This document shows, piece after piece, positions 13,911-24,078 of a stretch of DNA of 64,000 bases (position 1 is the first letter of the stretch; each line of letters opens with the position of its first letter). A model generated the notes under the pieces. That model was not told the DNA's origin, did not search any database, and worked only from the letters and a program-made list of their open reading frames with translations. Source of the stretch: Chloroflexota bacterium (GTDB taxonomy: Bacteria > Chloroflexota > UBA11872 > VXOZ01); the NCBI GenBank assembly GCA_963663275.1, contig OY760183.1, positions 1,632,001 through 1,696,000 of the forward strand, given 5' to 3'. Made by a program: the position numbers and the translations under genes.

Positions 13911-13951
13911 CAATGCAAAGGCGCAGGCAATCAGCCTGCGCCTTTGCATTG
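13911..13951 (+). terminator. 18-bp perfect hairpin downstream of SOD
   Basis: CAATGCAAAGGCGCAGGC-aatca-GCCTGCGCCTTTGCATTG. Confidence 0.55.
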
Positions 13952-13999
13952 GGCTGCGCGCGTAGCCCTGAGGCCGAACGGCTGCTACAATGACACGGC

Positions 14000-14131
14000 G
14001 TAGGGCGCACGGAATCGGGGATAACACGATGTAGTGGGGCACGACACGTCGTGCCCCACGCCAAAAGCGAAGTAGGGCGCACGGGATCAGGAATAACACG
14101 GTAGGGGCACGACACGTCGTGCCCCACGCCA
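14000..14131. repeat. Tandem duplication of a ~70-bp unit containing a GGGGCACGACACGTCGTGCCCC palindrome
   Basis: Two units starting GTAGGGCGCACGG at 14000 and 14072. Confidence 0.85.
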
Positions 14132-14166
14132 GAGTCAAAGCACACGCGGGAAGAGAGGCAGGCGCG

Positions 14167-14958
14167 GTGAGTTTAGCAGCGGATATAGAGGAAACAAGTG
14201 TGCCGCCGGGTTCGCTTGCCGTCTGGAGTCTGGGGCAAGCCGGGTTTGCGTTCAAGTCGAGCCATGGCGCGGTCGTCTACGTCGATCCGTATCTGGGCGA
14301 TGCGTGCAATCAACTTTACGGGCTGGAACGGCTGATCGCGCCGCCGCTGGCCGCGTCCGCGGTGCGTGCCGGCTACGTGCTCGCCACCCACAACCACGCC
14401 GACCACCTTGACCCGGACGCTTTCCCGGAAATCGCCCGCTACAACGCAACGGCGCTGCTCATCGGCCCGTCGTCCTGCACCAATGCCATGCGCGCGCTCG
14501 GCATTCCCGCCAGCCAGACGTATACGCTGAATCACGACGACGTGCTGCACAGCGGCAGCGTCACAATTCACGCCACGTTCGCCAACCACGTCTGGGGCGA
14601 CCCGGACGACGCGCCCGATGCGGTGGGGTATGTCATTGACTTTGGAGACGTGCGCGTTTACGTCAGCGGCGATACGCTCTACCATGAGCGCATGGAAGGT
14701 ATCGCCGCCTTGCAACCGCACCTGGCCTTCATCTGCATCAACGGGCGCTGGGGGAACATGCCGGCGTCCGAAGCCGCCCATCTCGCCACCGTGCTCCGCG
14801 CCCGGACCGCCGTGCCCACGCACTACAACATGTTCGCGAACAATACCGCCGATCCCGCCGACTTCACCCGCGCGCTGGCAGAAGAAGGAGGCGGCGTGCA
14901 GCCGCTCGTTCTCACGCCAGGGCAGGGCGCGCTCTACCCGGAAAGGAACGCCTCGTGA
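14167..14958 (+). CDS. MBL-fold metallo-hydrolase (UlaG-like)
   Basis: WSLGQAGF, VDPYL, THNHADHLD, SGDT, PTHY; GTG start at 14167 preferred because 14119 lies in a repeat. Confidence 0.88.
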   Translation: MSLAADIEETSVPPGSLAVWSLGQAGFAFKSSHGAVVYVDPYLGDACNQLYGLERLIAPPLAASAVRAGYVLATHNHADHLDPDAFPEIARYNATALLIGPSSCTNAMRALGIPASQTYTLNHDDVLHSGSVTIHATFANHVWGDPDDAPDAVGYVIDFGDVRVYVSGDTLYHERMEGIAALQPHLAFICINGRWGNMPASEAAHLATVLRARTAVPTHYNMFANNTADPADFTRALAEEGGGVQPLVLTPGQGALYPERNAS

Positions 14959-16238
14959 GCCAGAAGAGAATCCTCAAAGCCGATTGGGCCTTCACCGCTA
15001 CCGGCGCGGACCTGATTCAAGACGCCGCGGTGGTGTTGGAAGGCGGGCGCATCGCGTTCGCGGGGCCGGCGGCGGAACTCGAACCCAACCATTTGGAAGG
15101 CGCGCTCGTGGAGGAGTTGCCCGGCCACACGCTGCTGCCCGGCCTGCTGGACGGCCACACCCACCTGAGCTTTACCGCCGGCCGCCATCACGAGGAAGTG
15201 GTGGACGAGATCAGCCGCGAGACCGATATGCAGCAGGTGGTGCGCACCGCGGCCAACGCCCAGAAGTGCCTGCGCGCCGGCCTGACCACCGTCCGCGACC
15301 TGGGCGGCCGCCGCGACGTGGTGCCCACGGTGCGCGACGCGATCTACAGCGGCCGGATTGCCGGTCCGCGCATTCTCTCGTGCAACGTGCCCATCACCGT
15401 TACCGGCGGTCACATCCACTTCGTCGGCTGGGAAGCCAACGAGGAATGGGAACTGCGCCAAGCCGTGCGCACGTTGATAAAACACGGCGCGGACGTGATC
15501 AAGATCTGCGCCAGCGGCGGCAACATGACCGCCGAGTCCAACCCGCTCATGACGCAGTACAGCGCCGAGCAACTGGGCGTGGTGGTGGCGGAGGCGCACA
15601 AGCTGGACACGCCGGTGGCGGCGCACGCCATTCCCGCCGAGAGCATCCGCAATTGCATTGAGGCCGGTATCGACACCATCGAGCATTGCGTCTGGCTGGG
15701 CCCCGACGGCGGCTACGCCTACGACGCCGGCGCCATGGCCACGGCGGTTGAGAAAGACCTGACGGTGTCGATCACTCTCGCCGGGGTGCTGCGGGGCTAC
15801 CTGGACGACGTGCCCCACAGCGAAGACATGCGCGCGGCCATGAACATCGACGGCCCGCTTGAAGAGGAACGAGTCAACCTCTTCCGCAGCATCTGGCAGT
15901 CGGGCGTGAACCTCATCGTCTCCAGCGACGCGGGCGTGCGCTATACGCCGTTCGACGATTTCTACATTTCGCTGCGCTGCGCGGTGGAGTTGCTCGGCAT
16001 CCCGGCCGCGGAGGTGCTGCTGATGGCCACGCGCAATCCGGCGAAGGGCCTCGGCGTGCTCGGTGAACGCGGCACGCTGGAGGCGGGCAAGGTTGCCGAC
16101 GTGATCGCTGTGGCGGGCAATCCGCTGGCGGACATCAAGGCGATGGCCGACGTGAAACTCACCATCATAGGCGGCACGGTCATGTTCCGCGACGGCATGA
16201 TCGACGCCCCGCGCACTGCCGTCCTGGGAGAGAGCTAA
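14955..16238 (+). CDS. Amidohydrolase family protein (imidazolonepropionase/Xaa-Pro dipeptidase-like)
   Basis: LLPGLLDGHTH, GADVIKICASGG, AAHA, IEH, SSDAG, GTLEAGKVAD. Confidence 0.9.
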   Translation: MSQKRILKADWAFTATGADLIQDAAVVLEGGRIAFAGPAAELEPNHLEGALVEELPGHTLLPGLLDGHTHLSFTAGRHHEEVVDEISRETDMQQVVRTAANAQKCLRAGLTTVRDLGGRRDVVPTVRDAIYSGRIAGPRILSCNVPITVTGGHIHFVGWEANEEWELRQAVRTLIKHGADVIKICASGGNMTAESNPLMTQYSAEQLGVVVAEAHKLDTPVAAHAIPAESIRNCIEAGIDTIEHCVWLGPDGGYAYDAGAMATAVEKDLTVSITLAGVLRGYLDDVPHSEDMRAAMNIDGPLEEERVNLFRSIWQSGVNLIVSSDAGVRYTPFDDFYISLRCAVELLGIPAAEVLLMATRNPAKGLGVLGERGTLEAGKVADVIAVAGNPLADIKAMADVKLTIIGGTVMFRDGMIDAPRTAVLGES

Positions 16239-16269
16239 GCAGACCAAGAGCGCGGTTTCGGTTAGCAAC

Positions 16270-16329
16270 TTCGGTTTGTGGGTTCGGTCTGCGGGTTCAG
16301 TCTGCGGGTTCGGTTTGCGGATTCCGTCT
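16270..16329. repeat. 13-bp minisatellite (TTCGGTYTGCGGG) x ~4.6
   Basis: ttcggtttgtggg ttcggtctgcggg ttcagtctgcggg ttcggtttgcgga ttccgtct. Confidence 0.85.
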
Positions 16330-16341
16330 AACGAAACTTCG

Positions 16342-16716
16342 CTCCTGTCCCCTCTCCCTCTGGGAGAGGGCTAGGGTGAGGGCGAATCATCAGGATACCC
16401 GTAGCGCGGGGGCTTGTCCCCCGCATCTTGGGCAATACGGTCAACACCGTACCGGACAAGGCGCACAATGCCGTTCCAGATGGGTTTGGCGGACACCTGA
16501 AGAAACGCTCTTGTCTCCTTTCCCTCGGCTGACAAGGGTAGGTAATATAATCGGCATACCGTGTCATTCCGAACGGAGCGCAGCGGAGAGAGGAATCTAA
16601 GGCATAGCCTCGGAAGTTCAGCATTCCAGATTCCTCGCTCCGCTCGGAATGACATTTGCATACTCCTGTCCCCTCTCCCATTGGGAGAGGGTTAGGGTGA
16701 GGGCGAATCATCAGGA
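16342..16716. repeat. Composite repeat: two 54-bp direct repeats (CCCTCTCCC/GGGAGAGGG hairpin family) flanking GTAG and GTCATTCC palindromes
   Basis: Direct repeats at 16342-16395 and 16663-16716; GTAGCGCGGGGGCTTGTCCCCCG at 16401; GTCATTCC doublet at 16563-16653. Confidence 0.88.
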
Positions 16717-16743
16717 AACAGAAAGCTGAAAGGGCACTGAAGC

Positions 16744-18135
16744 ATGGCGGCGCAGTTGCTATCCGACATTCGTATACGCGAAGTTGAGACCTACTTCACC
16801 GACGAGCGCGCGCGTACGCCGCTCAAGTTTGGCGGGGTCACAATGGAAGAATCCACCCACGTGCGGGTGCGCGCGGCGGTGGAGAACCGCGCCGGGCAGG
16901 TGGCGGAAGGCTGGGGCAGCATGTTCCTGGCGATTGGCTGGGCCTGGCCGACGGACGCCGTGGGCGCGATGGAGCGCGACGCGGCCATGCGCCAGGTTGT
17001 CGAACGCTACGCCAAGTCCCTGGAGGGCCACAGCGGCTACGCCCATCCGATCGACATTGCGCTCAAGACCGAGCCGGCTTTGCTCAGCAACGCCGCCGCC
17101 GCCAGCCGCGATATGCAACTTGCCGAGCCGATGCCGGTGCTGGCCTCGCTGGTCTGCGGTTCGCCCTTCGACGGCGCGCTGCACGACGCCTTTGGCAATG
17201 TTAACGGCATCTCCAGCTACGACGGCTACTCCGACGAATTCATGGCGGAAGACCTGAGCGCGTACCTCGGCCCGGAATTCAAGGGACGGTATCTCGACGA
17301 CTACGTGCGCCCGGCTTTCGTGGCGGAACTGCCCGTCTTCCACCTGGTCGGCGGCCTGGACAAGCTGTGGGAGCGCGAAATCACGGCCGACGACCCGGAC
17401 GACGGCGAACCGGTCTCACTCGACCAATGGATCGCGCGCGACGGTATGTACTGCCTTAAAATCAAGCTCCTGGGCAACGACATGGACTGGGACGTGCAGC
17501 GCACCCTGGACGTATACGCCGTGGGCAAGGAATCGCTGGCAAAGCAGGGTCGCGCGGAAATCTATCTCACGGCGGACACCAACGAAATCTGCGAGACTCC
17601 CGACTACATGGTCGAGTACCTGGAACGGGTGCGGGAGCAGTCGCCCGCGGCCTACGACGCCTTGCTCTACGTGGAACAGCCCACGCACCGCGACCTGGAC
17701 CGAGCGCCCTTCCGCATGGACGGCATCGACAAGCTCAAGCCAGTCATCATGGACGAAAGCCTCTACAATCACCGCCAGTACGAGCGCGCTAAGGAACTCG
17801 GCTGGTCCGGCATCGCGCTGAAGGTGTGCAAAGGCCACTCCCACAGCCTGCTCTTCACGGCGCTGGCCACCCACGACGGCTTGCCCTACACGGTGCAGGA
17901 CCTCACCAATCCCGACCTCTCGCTGATCCACTCGGTGAGTTTCGCGGCGCGCATCAACCCCATGAAGGGCGTGGAGTGCAACTCGCGCCAGTTCTTCCCG
18001 GCCTCCAACGCCGCCGTGGCCGCCGTCCACCCCCGCATCGCCAACGTCCGCAACGGCGTGGCCCACACCGGAACCCTCACCGGCACCGGGCTGGGCTACC
18101 AGGTGGAACGCATTCTGGCACACGCTGGCGGCTAG
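16744..18135 (+). CDS. Enolase superfamily enzyme (mandelate racemase/muconate lactonizing-like)
   Basis: KIK motif, metal ligands in DTNE, EQP and DES, ALKVCKG. Confidence 0.85.
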   Translation: MAAQLLSDIRIREVETYFTDERARTPLKFGGVTMEESTHVRVRAAVENRAGQVAEGWGSMFLAIGWAWPTDAVGAMERDAAMRQVVERYAKSLEGHSGYAHPIDIALKTEPALLSNAAAASRDMQLAEPMPVLASLVCGSPFDGALHDAFGNVNGISSYDGYSDEFMAEDLSAYLGPEFKGRYLDDYVRPAFVAELPVFHLVGGLDKLWEREITADDPDDGEPVSLDQWIARDGMYCLKIKLLGNDMDWDVQRTLDVYAVGKESLAKQGRAEIYLTADTNEICETPDYMVEYLERVREQSPAAYDALLYVEQPTHRDLDRAPFRMDGIDKLKPVIMDESLYNHRQYERAKELGWSGIALKVCKGHSHSLLFTALATHDGLPYTVQDLTNPDLSLIHSVSFAARINPMKGVECNSRQFFPASNAAVAAVHPRIANVRNGVAHTGTLTGTGLGYQVERILAHAGG

Positions 18136-18188
18136 GAACTGAAACGCCCGCCCAGCTTTGTCGTGCGTTCAGGCCGGTTAGGCATTTG

Positions 18189-18947
18189 TCAAAGCGAATC
18201 ACCGCCGTCTACGTCGAGGATCTGCCCTGTGACCCAGGCCGCTTCGTCGGCGGCAAGGTAGACGGCTGAGAGGGACACGTCGGCGGGATGGCCGTCGCGG
18301 GCGAGGGTTGCGGGCGGCAGGCCGGCGTCTTCCGCGCCGCGGGAATCGCCGATTGACCCCGGGCAGATGCAGTTCACGCGGATGCCGTGGGCGCGGTATT
18401 CGCGGGCGAGGGTGCGGGTGAGGCCGACCAGCGCCTCTTTGCCGGCGGCGTACCCCACGTTGGCCTCCCGGCGGGTGCGCGAGGCCGCCGCGACCAGCAG
18501 AATGCAGCCGCCGCCCTGCGCTACCATCGACGGCAACACCGCGCGGGTGCAGTAGTACGCCGTGTCGAGGTTGATGGAGATGAGGTAGCGCCATTCGTCC
18601 GGGGCGGTCTCGTGCAACTTCTGTTCGCCGTAGGCGTAGTCGCCGAGATTGTCGAAGAGCACGTCGATGCGCCCCCAGCGGTCGAGCGCGGCCTGGGCCA
18701 TGTCGGCGGCCCCCTCCGGAGTGGCCAAGTCGCCCGTGGCAATGGCGGCCTCACCGCCGCGCTCCTGGATTTCCCGCGCCAGCGCCGCTAGCGGTTCCGC
18801 ACGCCGCGCCACCAAGAGCACCTTCGCGCCCTCATGCGCAAACCGCAGCGGCGTCGCGCTCCCCATGCCGCCGCCGGCCCCGGCGATTACGGCCACCTTT
18901 CCCGCAAGACGGCCCGTGTTTCCGTTGCCAATGTCGTTGCTCATCAC
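18189..18947 (-). CDS. Short-chain dehydrogenase/reductase (SDR)
   Basis: IAGAGGGMG, YAAGK, IRVNCICPG, WVTGQILDVDGG. Confidence 0.93.
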   Translation of the reverse strand: MMSNDIGNGNTGRLAGKVAVIAGAGGGMGSATPLRFAHEGAKVLLVARRAEPLAALAREIQERGGEAAIATGDLATPEGAADMAQAALDRWGRIDVLFDNLGDYAYGEQKLHETAPDEWRYLISINLDTAYYCTRAVLPSMVAQGGGCILLVAAASRTRREANVGYAAGKEALVGLTRTLAREYRAHGIRVNCICPGSIGDSRGAEDAGLPPATLARDGHPADVSLSAVYLAADEAAWVTGQILDVDGGDSL

Positions 18948-20936
18948 TTATCCTTCCGCTTTGTGGTAGGTGTGCGTCATGGCCGCTTCGGATTCTGCCA
19001 CGCCGGAGAGGACGTCCACGTGGCGTTGGAGGCGCAGGCGTTCGTTCAGGGGGGCGTCCGGATCGGCCAGGGCCTGGTAGACCACCGCGCCCTCGCAATC
19101 GGCGGGCACCGGCAGGCCCATCAGGTGGCAGACGGTCGGCACAAGGTCTTTCAGGCTGACGTTGCGCGCCAGCGTGTGGCCCCGCTTCACGCCCGGGCCG
19201 GAGAGCGCAAAGAGGCCGCGCAGGTCGCCCATGCCCTGGGTAGCCGAGGGAAACTGCGGCCCGTGCTGGGAGCCGTATTCGTCGGCATAGCAGAACACCA
19301 CGTCGCCGGTGGTATCGCCGTAGAGATCCAACATGCGGGCGTCCTGTTTCTTGATGGCAAAGCCGATCGGCTTGAGGCCGGTTTCCGGATCGGTATAGTC
19401 ATAGAGCGCCGCGATGATTTCGTTCTGCACCGAAACGTAGTCTTCCGGCTCCACGATGCCTTGCGGGTCGCGCCCCTTGAGGTTCACCCAGACGTACGAC
19501 GAGCCGCTGGCCGCCGCGCGGGTCTTGGACCAATCCACCTGCCTGCGTCCCGTGTACATGGCAAAGTGCGCCACCGCGTCCGGATCATCCTCTTCGGCAA
19601 GCACGGTCAGCCCGGCGTCGATGAGAATCTGGCCGGGATTGCACTTGTAGCCGTTGGCTTTCGCGCCGTGGTCGGAGACGTAGGCGTAGAGCGTGCGCCG
19701 GGGGGCGGCTGCGGCTATGTCGCCGAAGGCGCGGTCCAGGCTCTCGTACATGCGCGCTTCGACTTCCTGCCAGTGCTTGAGACTGTCTTCATCGCGGTTG
19801 TGCGCCGGATCGACTTCACTGGCGAAGAGGTGGTAGAAGTAGTCGGGCGTGTGGATATGGATGAAGAAGAGGTCCCAGGGCTTTTCGTTCATCAGGTAGC
19901 GGGACGTGTCGGCAAACCACTGGTGGCTCATGTCGCAGAGTTCGATGAAGGTGTCGGCGTCGAACCAGCCCATGCGGAAGGTGCGCAGGCCGAGATACGG
20001 CGCGGGCAGACCCCGGCACTGCCCCTTTTCGAATATCTCGCGGTCCAGCCCTTCCGGGTGAGTCCAGCCGTCCAACTGGCAGAGCGGGGTCACGAAGAGC
20101 GTGGCCGTCTCGCCGTCGGCGGACAGTTCCAGCAGCTTGGCGCGAAAGACCGCCTCGGCCTCGCCCAATTCCGCGCAGGCAAACTCGCGGACGATGTTGT
20201 CCGACCACTCGCCGACCCGCAGCGAGCACATGGCGGCGGCGCGGTCGCGCTGTTCGCAGACGTGGACGGTGGTGAAGTTCCCGTGTTCATCCGCCTCCAG
20301 CAGCAGATGCCAGGTGAGCGGTCGCATCGCGTACTTTGGGTAGCGGAAGCGCCAGGGCAACTCGGCTTCCAGGTATGCCACGCCGTCCTCCAGGCCCTGC
20401 CAATCCTCGGCGTCTTCCACCTCGATCAGCGTGCCCTCCACGTAGTCGCCGGTGGAGAAGAGCGCATCGCCGGAGAAGGTGTAGGCGTGGTGGAAGGTGG
20501 GATGGTCGTGCCATTCGTTGACGGAGAGGCCGTAACCGGCGATTTGCCAGCCGTCTTTCATGCGCGCCGGCCACGACGACGGCCAATTGATGACGATCGA
20601 CCGCTTGCCGGCCTTTTCCGCCGCTTCCCAGAGATACTCCGCCGTGTGCCAGCGGGAGTCGAAGGCGGCGTGGGTCTGGCCGATGGGTTCGCCCGGCCAA
20701 TGGACGTTGAAGTCGGTGAAGCCGGTGCGGCCCGCCGAGGCGCCGGTGGCGATTGTGGTCCAGTTTGGCGGCGTTATCGTGGGATAGGGCACCAGGCAAT
20801 GCTCCGCCCACGCGCCGTTTTCGACGAGTTTGCGCATGAGCGGCATCCGGCCCGCGCCCATGAGCCGCTGCAACGTGGGCAGAATGGGGCCGTCGATGCC
20901 GAATACGACCAGCTTTTCCGGGGGGCGGTAGGCCAT
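18948..20936 (-). CDS. Alkaline phosphatase superfamily nucleotide pyrophosphatase/phosphodiesterase
   Basis: VFGIDG, PTITPPNWTTIATG (Thr nucleophile), PDYFYH, VSDHG, SQHG. Confidence 0.9.
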   Translation of the reverse strand: MAYRPPEKLVVFGIDGPILPTLQRLMGAGRMPLMRKLVENGAWAEHCLVPYPTITPPNWTTIATGASAGRTGFTDFNVHWPGEPIGQTHAAFDSRWHTAEYLWEAAEKAGKRSIVINWPSSWPARMKDGWQIAGYGLSVNEWHDHPTFHHAYTFSGDALFSTGDYVEGTLIEVEDAEDWQGLEDGVAYLEAELPWRFRYPKYAMRPLTWHLLLEADEHGNFTTVHVCEQRDRAAAMCSLRVGEWSDNIVREFACAELGEAEAVFRAKLLELSADGETATLFVTPLCQLDGWTHPEGLDREIFEKGQCRGLPAPYLGLRTFRMGWFDADTFIELCDMSHQWFADTSRYLMNEKPWDLFFIHIHTPDYFYHLFASEVDPAHNRDEDSLKHWQEVEARMYESLDRAFGDIAAAAPRRTLYAYVSDHGAKANGYKCNPGQILIDAGLTVLAEEDDPDAVAHFAMYTGRRQVDWSKTRAAASGSSYVWVNLKGRDPQGIVEPEDYVSVQNEIIAALYDYTDPETGLKPIGFAIKKQDARMLDLYGDTTGDVVFCYADEYGSQHGPQFPSATQGMGDLRGLFALSGPGVKRGHTLARNVSLKDLVPTVCHLMGLPVPADCEGAVVYQALADPDAPLNERLRLQRHVDVLSGVAESEAAMTHTYHKAEG

Positions 20937-21007
20937 GAGGCTCTCTTCCTGTGGTTCTTCGGTTGTGTTGATTGTTCCGGGAGGCGGGCCGACAGGGGTA
21001 TGTACGT

Positions 21008-21442
21008 GTCATTCCGAGCGCAGCGAGGAATCTAAAGACGCTGACTTTGCAGGGCTGCGTTTTAGATTCCTCACTTCGCTGCGCTCCGTTCGGAATGACA
21101 CGTGAAGTCGATTATAGAGTACATATCCCTGTCAGCGGGAGGCGGGGGACAAGCCCCCGCGCTACGGCGTTACCAAACCCGTCCTACTTTCATCGCTCCG
21201 GTAGCGCAGGTTTGTAACCTGCGCCGGCCTGTGCGGTCATGACGGCGCGGTTGGTGAGGCGGAGGCGGGGGACAAGCCCCCGCGCTACGAGGTCAGCAAC
21301 TACGCCTTTCTCTTATCCCTCCGGTAGCGCAGGTTTGTGATCTGCGCCGGTCTGTGCGGTGAGGCCGGGGCAAGCGGTGAGCCGGAGGCGGGGGACAAGC
21401 CCCCGCGCTACGCATTAGATTCCTCGCTGCGCTCGGAATGAC
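21008..21442. repeat. BIME-like mosaic: GTCATTCC doublet, then alternating GTAG palindromes with ~123-bp period
   Basis: GTCATTCC element 21008-21099; type A at 21143, 21266, 21389; type B at ~21200, ~21323; half element 21417-21442. Confidence 0.9.
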
Positions 21443-21508
21443 AGACTGTTACACCAAATGTGTGACAGAGAGGAATCACAGGCAAATGACGGTAGACATC
21501 AACCTTGC

Positions 21509-22363
21509 CTAGCCGGCTGTCGCAACCGTCCCAGCGGCGGCGGCGTAGTAGGGCAGGGCGTTTTCGCCCGTGGCCGCGGCCAGGGCGTTCCAGGCGCGGA
21601 AGAGTTGCGCGTACATGAGGAAGTAGTCCTGGTGGGTCGGTTCGGTCTTGCCGATCTCCGATGAGAGATAGCCGTCGTAGCCGTCGCGCTGGAGCAGCCC
21701 GAAGAGTTCCGCGTAAGGAAAGCCGTTCACGAAGTCGTGCATGTGCACGTGGCCGATCAGGTGCGCCACGCGGTTGTAGGTGGAGGCCACCGAACCGCCC
21801 ACCAGGTCGCGGTTGTCGCAATTGTAGAGGATGCTCACCTGCGGGTGGTCGGCGTGCTCGACCGCGGTCATGGCGAAGTGCCAATAGTTGAACTGGCCGT
21901 GCATCTCCAGCATCACGTTCACGTCGTGGGGCGCGGCGAACTCGCCCAATTCGCGGAGCGCGTCGCCCACGTAGCGCATCACGTCTTCGCGGGCAGGCGG
22001 CGGCCCGCCGTCCACGCCTTCTTTGGGCATGTCGTTGCCAAAGACGCGAATCTGGCCCGCGTTGACGTCCGCCGCCAGTTCTATGTAGCGCTTGCTGCGC
22101 TCGATGACCTCCCGCCGTTGGGCGGCGTCCGGCGATTCGAAGCGGGAACTGGTGCTGATACCGGCGATTTCCAGGCAGGCGTCCTGCACCTGGTAGCGGG
22201 CCGCGCGGCGCTCCTCGGCGCTGGTCTCCAATTCCACGCCGTGCTTGTGGCCGGCCTCGGCGCGCAATTCCAGGCCGCTGAAGCCGCCCAGACGCGCCAC
22301 CTCGATAAGCTCCGACAGGTTCCAGTGCCGCGCCATGTTGTAGGTCAGGAGACAGAGTTTCAT
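21509..22363 (-). CDS. Sugar phosphate isomerase/epimerase (xylose isomerase-like TIM barrel)
   Basis: GLELRAEAGHKHGVE, IRVFGN, LEMHG, HVHMHD, GYDGYLSSE. Confidence 0.88.
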   Translation of the reverse strand: MKLCLLTYNMARHWNLSELIEVARLGGFSGLELRAEAGHKHGVELETSAEERRAARYQVQDACLEIAGISTSSRFESPDAAQRREVIERSKRYIELAADVNAGQIRVFGNDMPKEGVDGGPPPAREDVMRYVGDALRELGEFAAPHDVNVMLEMHGQFNYWHFAMTAVEHADHPQVSILYNCDNRDLVGGSVASTYNRVAHLIGHVHMHDFVNGFPYAELFGLLQRDGYDGYLSSEIGKTEPTHQDYFLMYAQLFRAWNALAAATGENALPYYAAAAGTVATAG

Positions 22364-22526
22364 GGTGTTGCTCCAAGTAGTGTGTAGAGTTTCCCGTTGG
22401 CACGATAGCGCGCCCCGCCCGCGCCGTCAACAGCGACCGGCGGGGCGCGTATTCATCACGGAGGCGGCGCGAGCGCCTGGTCCCGAACAAGGGTGCGAAC
22501 GGTGCGGGCAGCGATTGGGGCGTGAA

Positions 22527-22564
22527 CAGGTGTAGGGGCACGATATGTCGTGCCCTTACACCTG
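22527..22564. repeat. GTAG-type palindrome (GTAGGGGCACGACATGTCGTGCCCCTAC family)
   Basis: CAGGTGTAGGGGCACGATATGTCGTGCCCTTACACCTG; copies at 28451 and 33051. Confidence 0.88.
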
Positions 22565-22653
22565 TAAGCGCACGCGGCGGCCCGTTCGCGGCGCCAGGTG
22601 TGGGTATTCATTCATTGCGCGGTCGAGTATGATGGGAAAAGAGGCGCATACGA

Positions 22654-23934
22654 GTGGAGCGTGCCCTCATGCGGTGGATTGGCAGACAGCAAAGCGTACG
22701 GTTCGGCGGCCGCCCGGCGCGCCGGCACGACCGGCCCGCGCGGCTGCCGGTATGGCCGCTGCTGCTGGCGCTGTGCGCGTTGATCGGCGTCATTGGCGCT
22801 GTCGCGAGCGGGGCGTTTTTCACCGGGGACTTCCAGGCTCCCGCCGAGACGCCCAGCGCGCCGGTGACCGAGACCGCGCCCTGGCCGGTCCCGCGGACGG
22901 CAAGCGCCACGAACATTGGGCTGGCGTTCGAGTCGCCGCCAACGGCAAGCGTCGCCACACCGCAGCCGGCTGCCGTTGCTCCTGCGCCCACCGTCGCGCC
23001 GCCACTGCCGCAGTCCGCCCGGCTGGTTGGCCTCCGGCACGAGTACCAGGGGTGGAACAATTGCGCCCCCACGTCCCTCGGCATGGTGCTCAGCTACTTC
23101 GACCGCGCGGAGGCGCAGCACGAAATCGCGCCCTTCCTCAAGCCCGATCCCAACGACAAGAACGTAAGCCCGCATGAGATCGCCGCGTACGCCCAGAGCA
23201 TTGGCCTGCGCGCGCACGTGGGCGTCGCCGGCGACCTGGCCCTGCTCAAGCGACTCCTGGCCGCCGGGTTGCCCGTTATCGTAGAGTTCTGGTTCGAGCC
23301 GGATCCGGATGACGGCATGGGACACTACCGCGTGCTGTCCGGCTACGACGAGCAGGCCGGCGCGTTCTACGCCTACGATTCGTACGTGGGCCCCAACGTG
23401 ACAATGGCCTACGCGGATCTGGACGCCGTGTGGCAGGTGTTTAACCGCGCGTACGTGGTCGTCTATCCGCCGGAGAGCCAGACCGCCGTGGATACGATTC
23501 TTACCGAAAGTTACGGCGGCGCGCCGATGTGGGAGCGCGCGCTGCGCATCGCCCAGGAAGAGATTGCGCGGGATCAGAACGATGCGTTCGCCTGGTTCAA
23601 CCTGGGCAGCAGCGCGCTACGGCTCGGGGACACCCAGCAGGCGGTTCACGCCTTCGATTGGGCGCGCCAACTCGGCCTGCCCTGGCGTATGTTCTGGTAT
23701 CAATTCAGCCCGTTCGAGGCCTATTGGGCGCAGGGCCGGTACCAGGACGTCATCGCACTGGCCGAGGCCAATCTGGCAATCGTCTCCGTGGAGGAATGGC
23801 ACTACTGGCGCGGGCGGGCGCGGGAGGCGTTGGGCGACGCGGAGGGCGCGCGCAGCGACTACCAGGCCGCCGTGGCGTTGAATGCCAACTTCACCGCCGC
23901 CAAGGAAGCGCTGGCCGAGAGCAACGCGGCCTGA
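22654..23934 (+). CDS. Membrane-anchored C39-like cysteine peptidase with C-terminal TPR repeats
   Basis: N-terminal TM, Pro-rich linker, QGWNNCAP (Gln/Cys), GHYRVLSGYD (His), YDSY (Asp), TPR helices (AWFNLG, WHYWRG). Confidence 0.85.
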   Translation: MERALMRWIGRQQSVRFGGRPARRHDRPARLPVWPLLLALCALIGVIGAVASGAFFTGDFQAPAETPSAPVTETAPWPVPRTASATNIGLAFESPPTASVATPQPAAVAPAPTVAPPLPQSARLVGLRHEYQGWNNCAPTSLGMVLSYFDRAEAQHEIAPFLKPDPNDKNVSPHEIAAYAQSIGLRAHVGVAGDLALLKRLLAAGLPVIVEFWFEPDPDDGMGHYRVLSGYDEQAGAFYAYDSYVGPNVTMAYADLDAVWQVFNRAYVVVYPPESQTAVDTILTESYGGAPMWERALRIAQEEIARDQNDAFAWFNLGSSALRLGDTQQAVHAFDWARQLGLPWRMFWYQFSPFEAYWAQGRYQDVIALAEANLAIVSVEEWHYWRGRAREALGDAEGARSDYQAAVALNANFTAAKEALAESNAA

Positions 23935-24078
23935 GCGCGGGGACCGCGTTTGTCGTTCATGGTGGGACGTCCGCGCCCGGCCTGGCGTTCTATGCCGGTG
24001 TGCCAAGCGGAAGGGACGCAGGTTACAAACCCGCGCTACCGGAGGTAGGGAGCTTTTTGCTGGGGCAGCGGCGCGATT

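Noticed and set aside
16328-16711. ORF with [23 protein letters not shown] peptides (also ORFs at 20972, 27096, 34445, 41625, 62588)
   Set aside because: These are translations of intergenic palindromes with no protein-family features.
18834-21035. Long antisense ORFs (e.g. 18834..21035, 24786..26645, 51926..53944, 55514..57796)
   Set aside because: Shadow frames of real GC-rich genes on the opposite strand, with no recognisable motifs.
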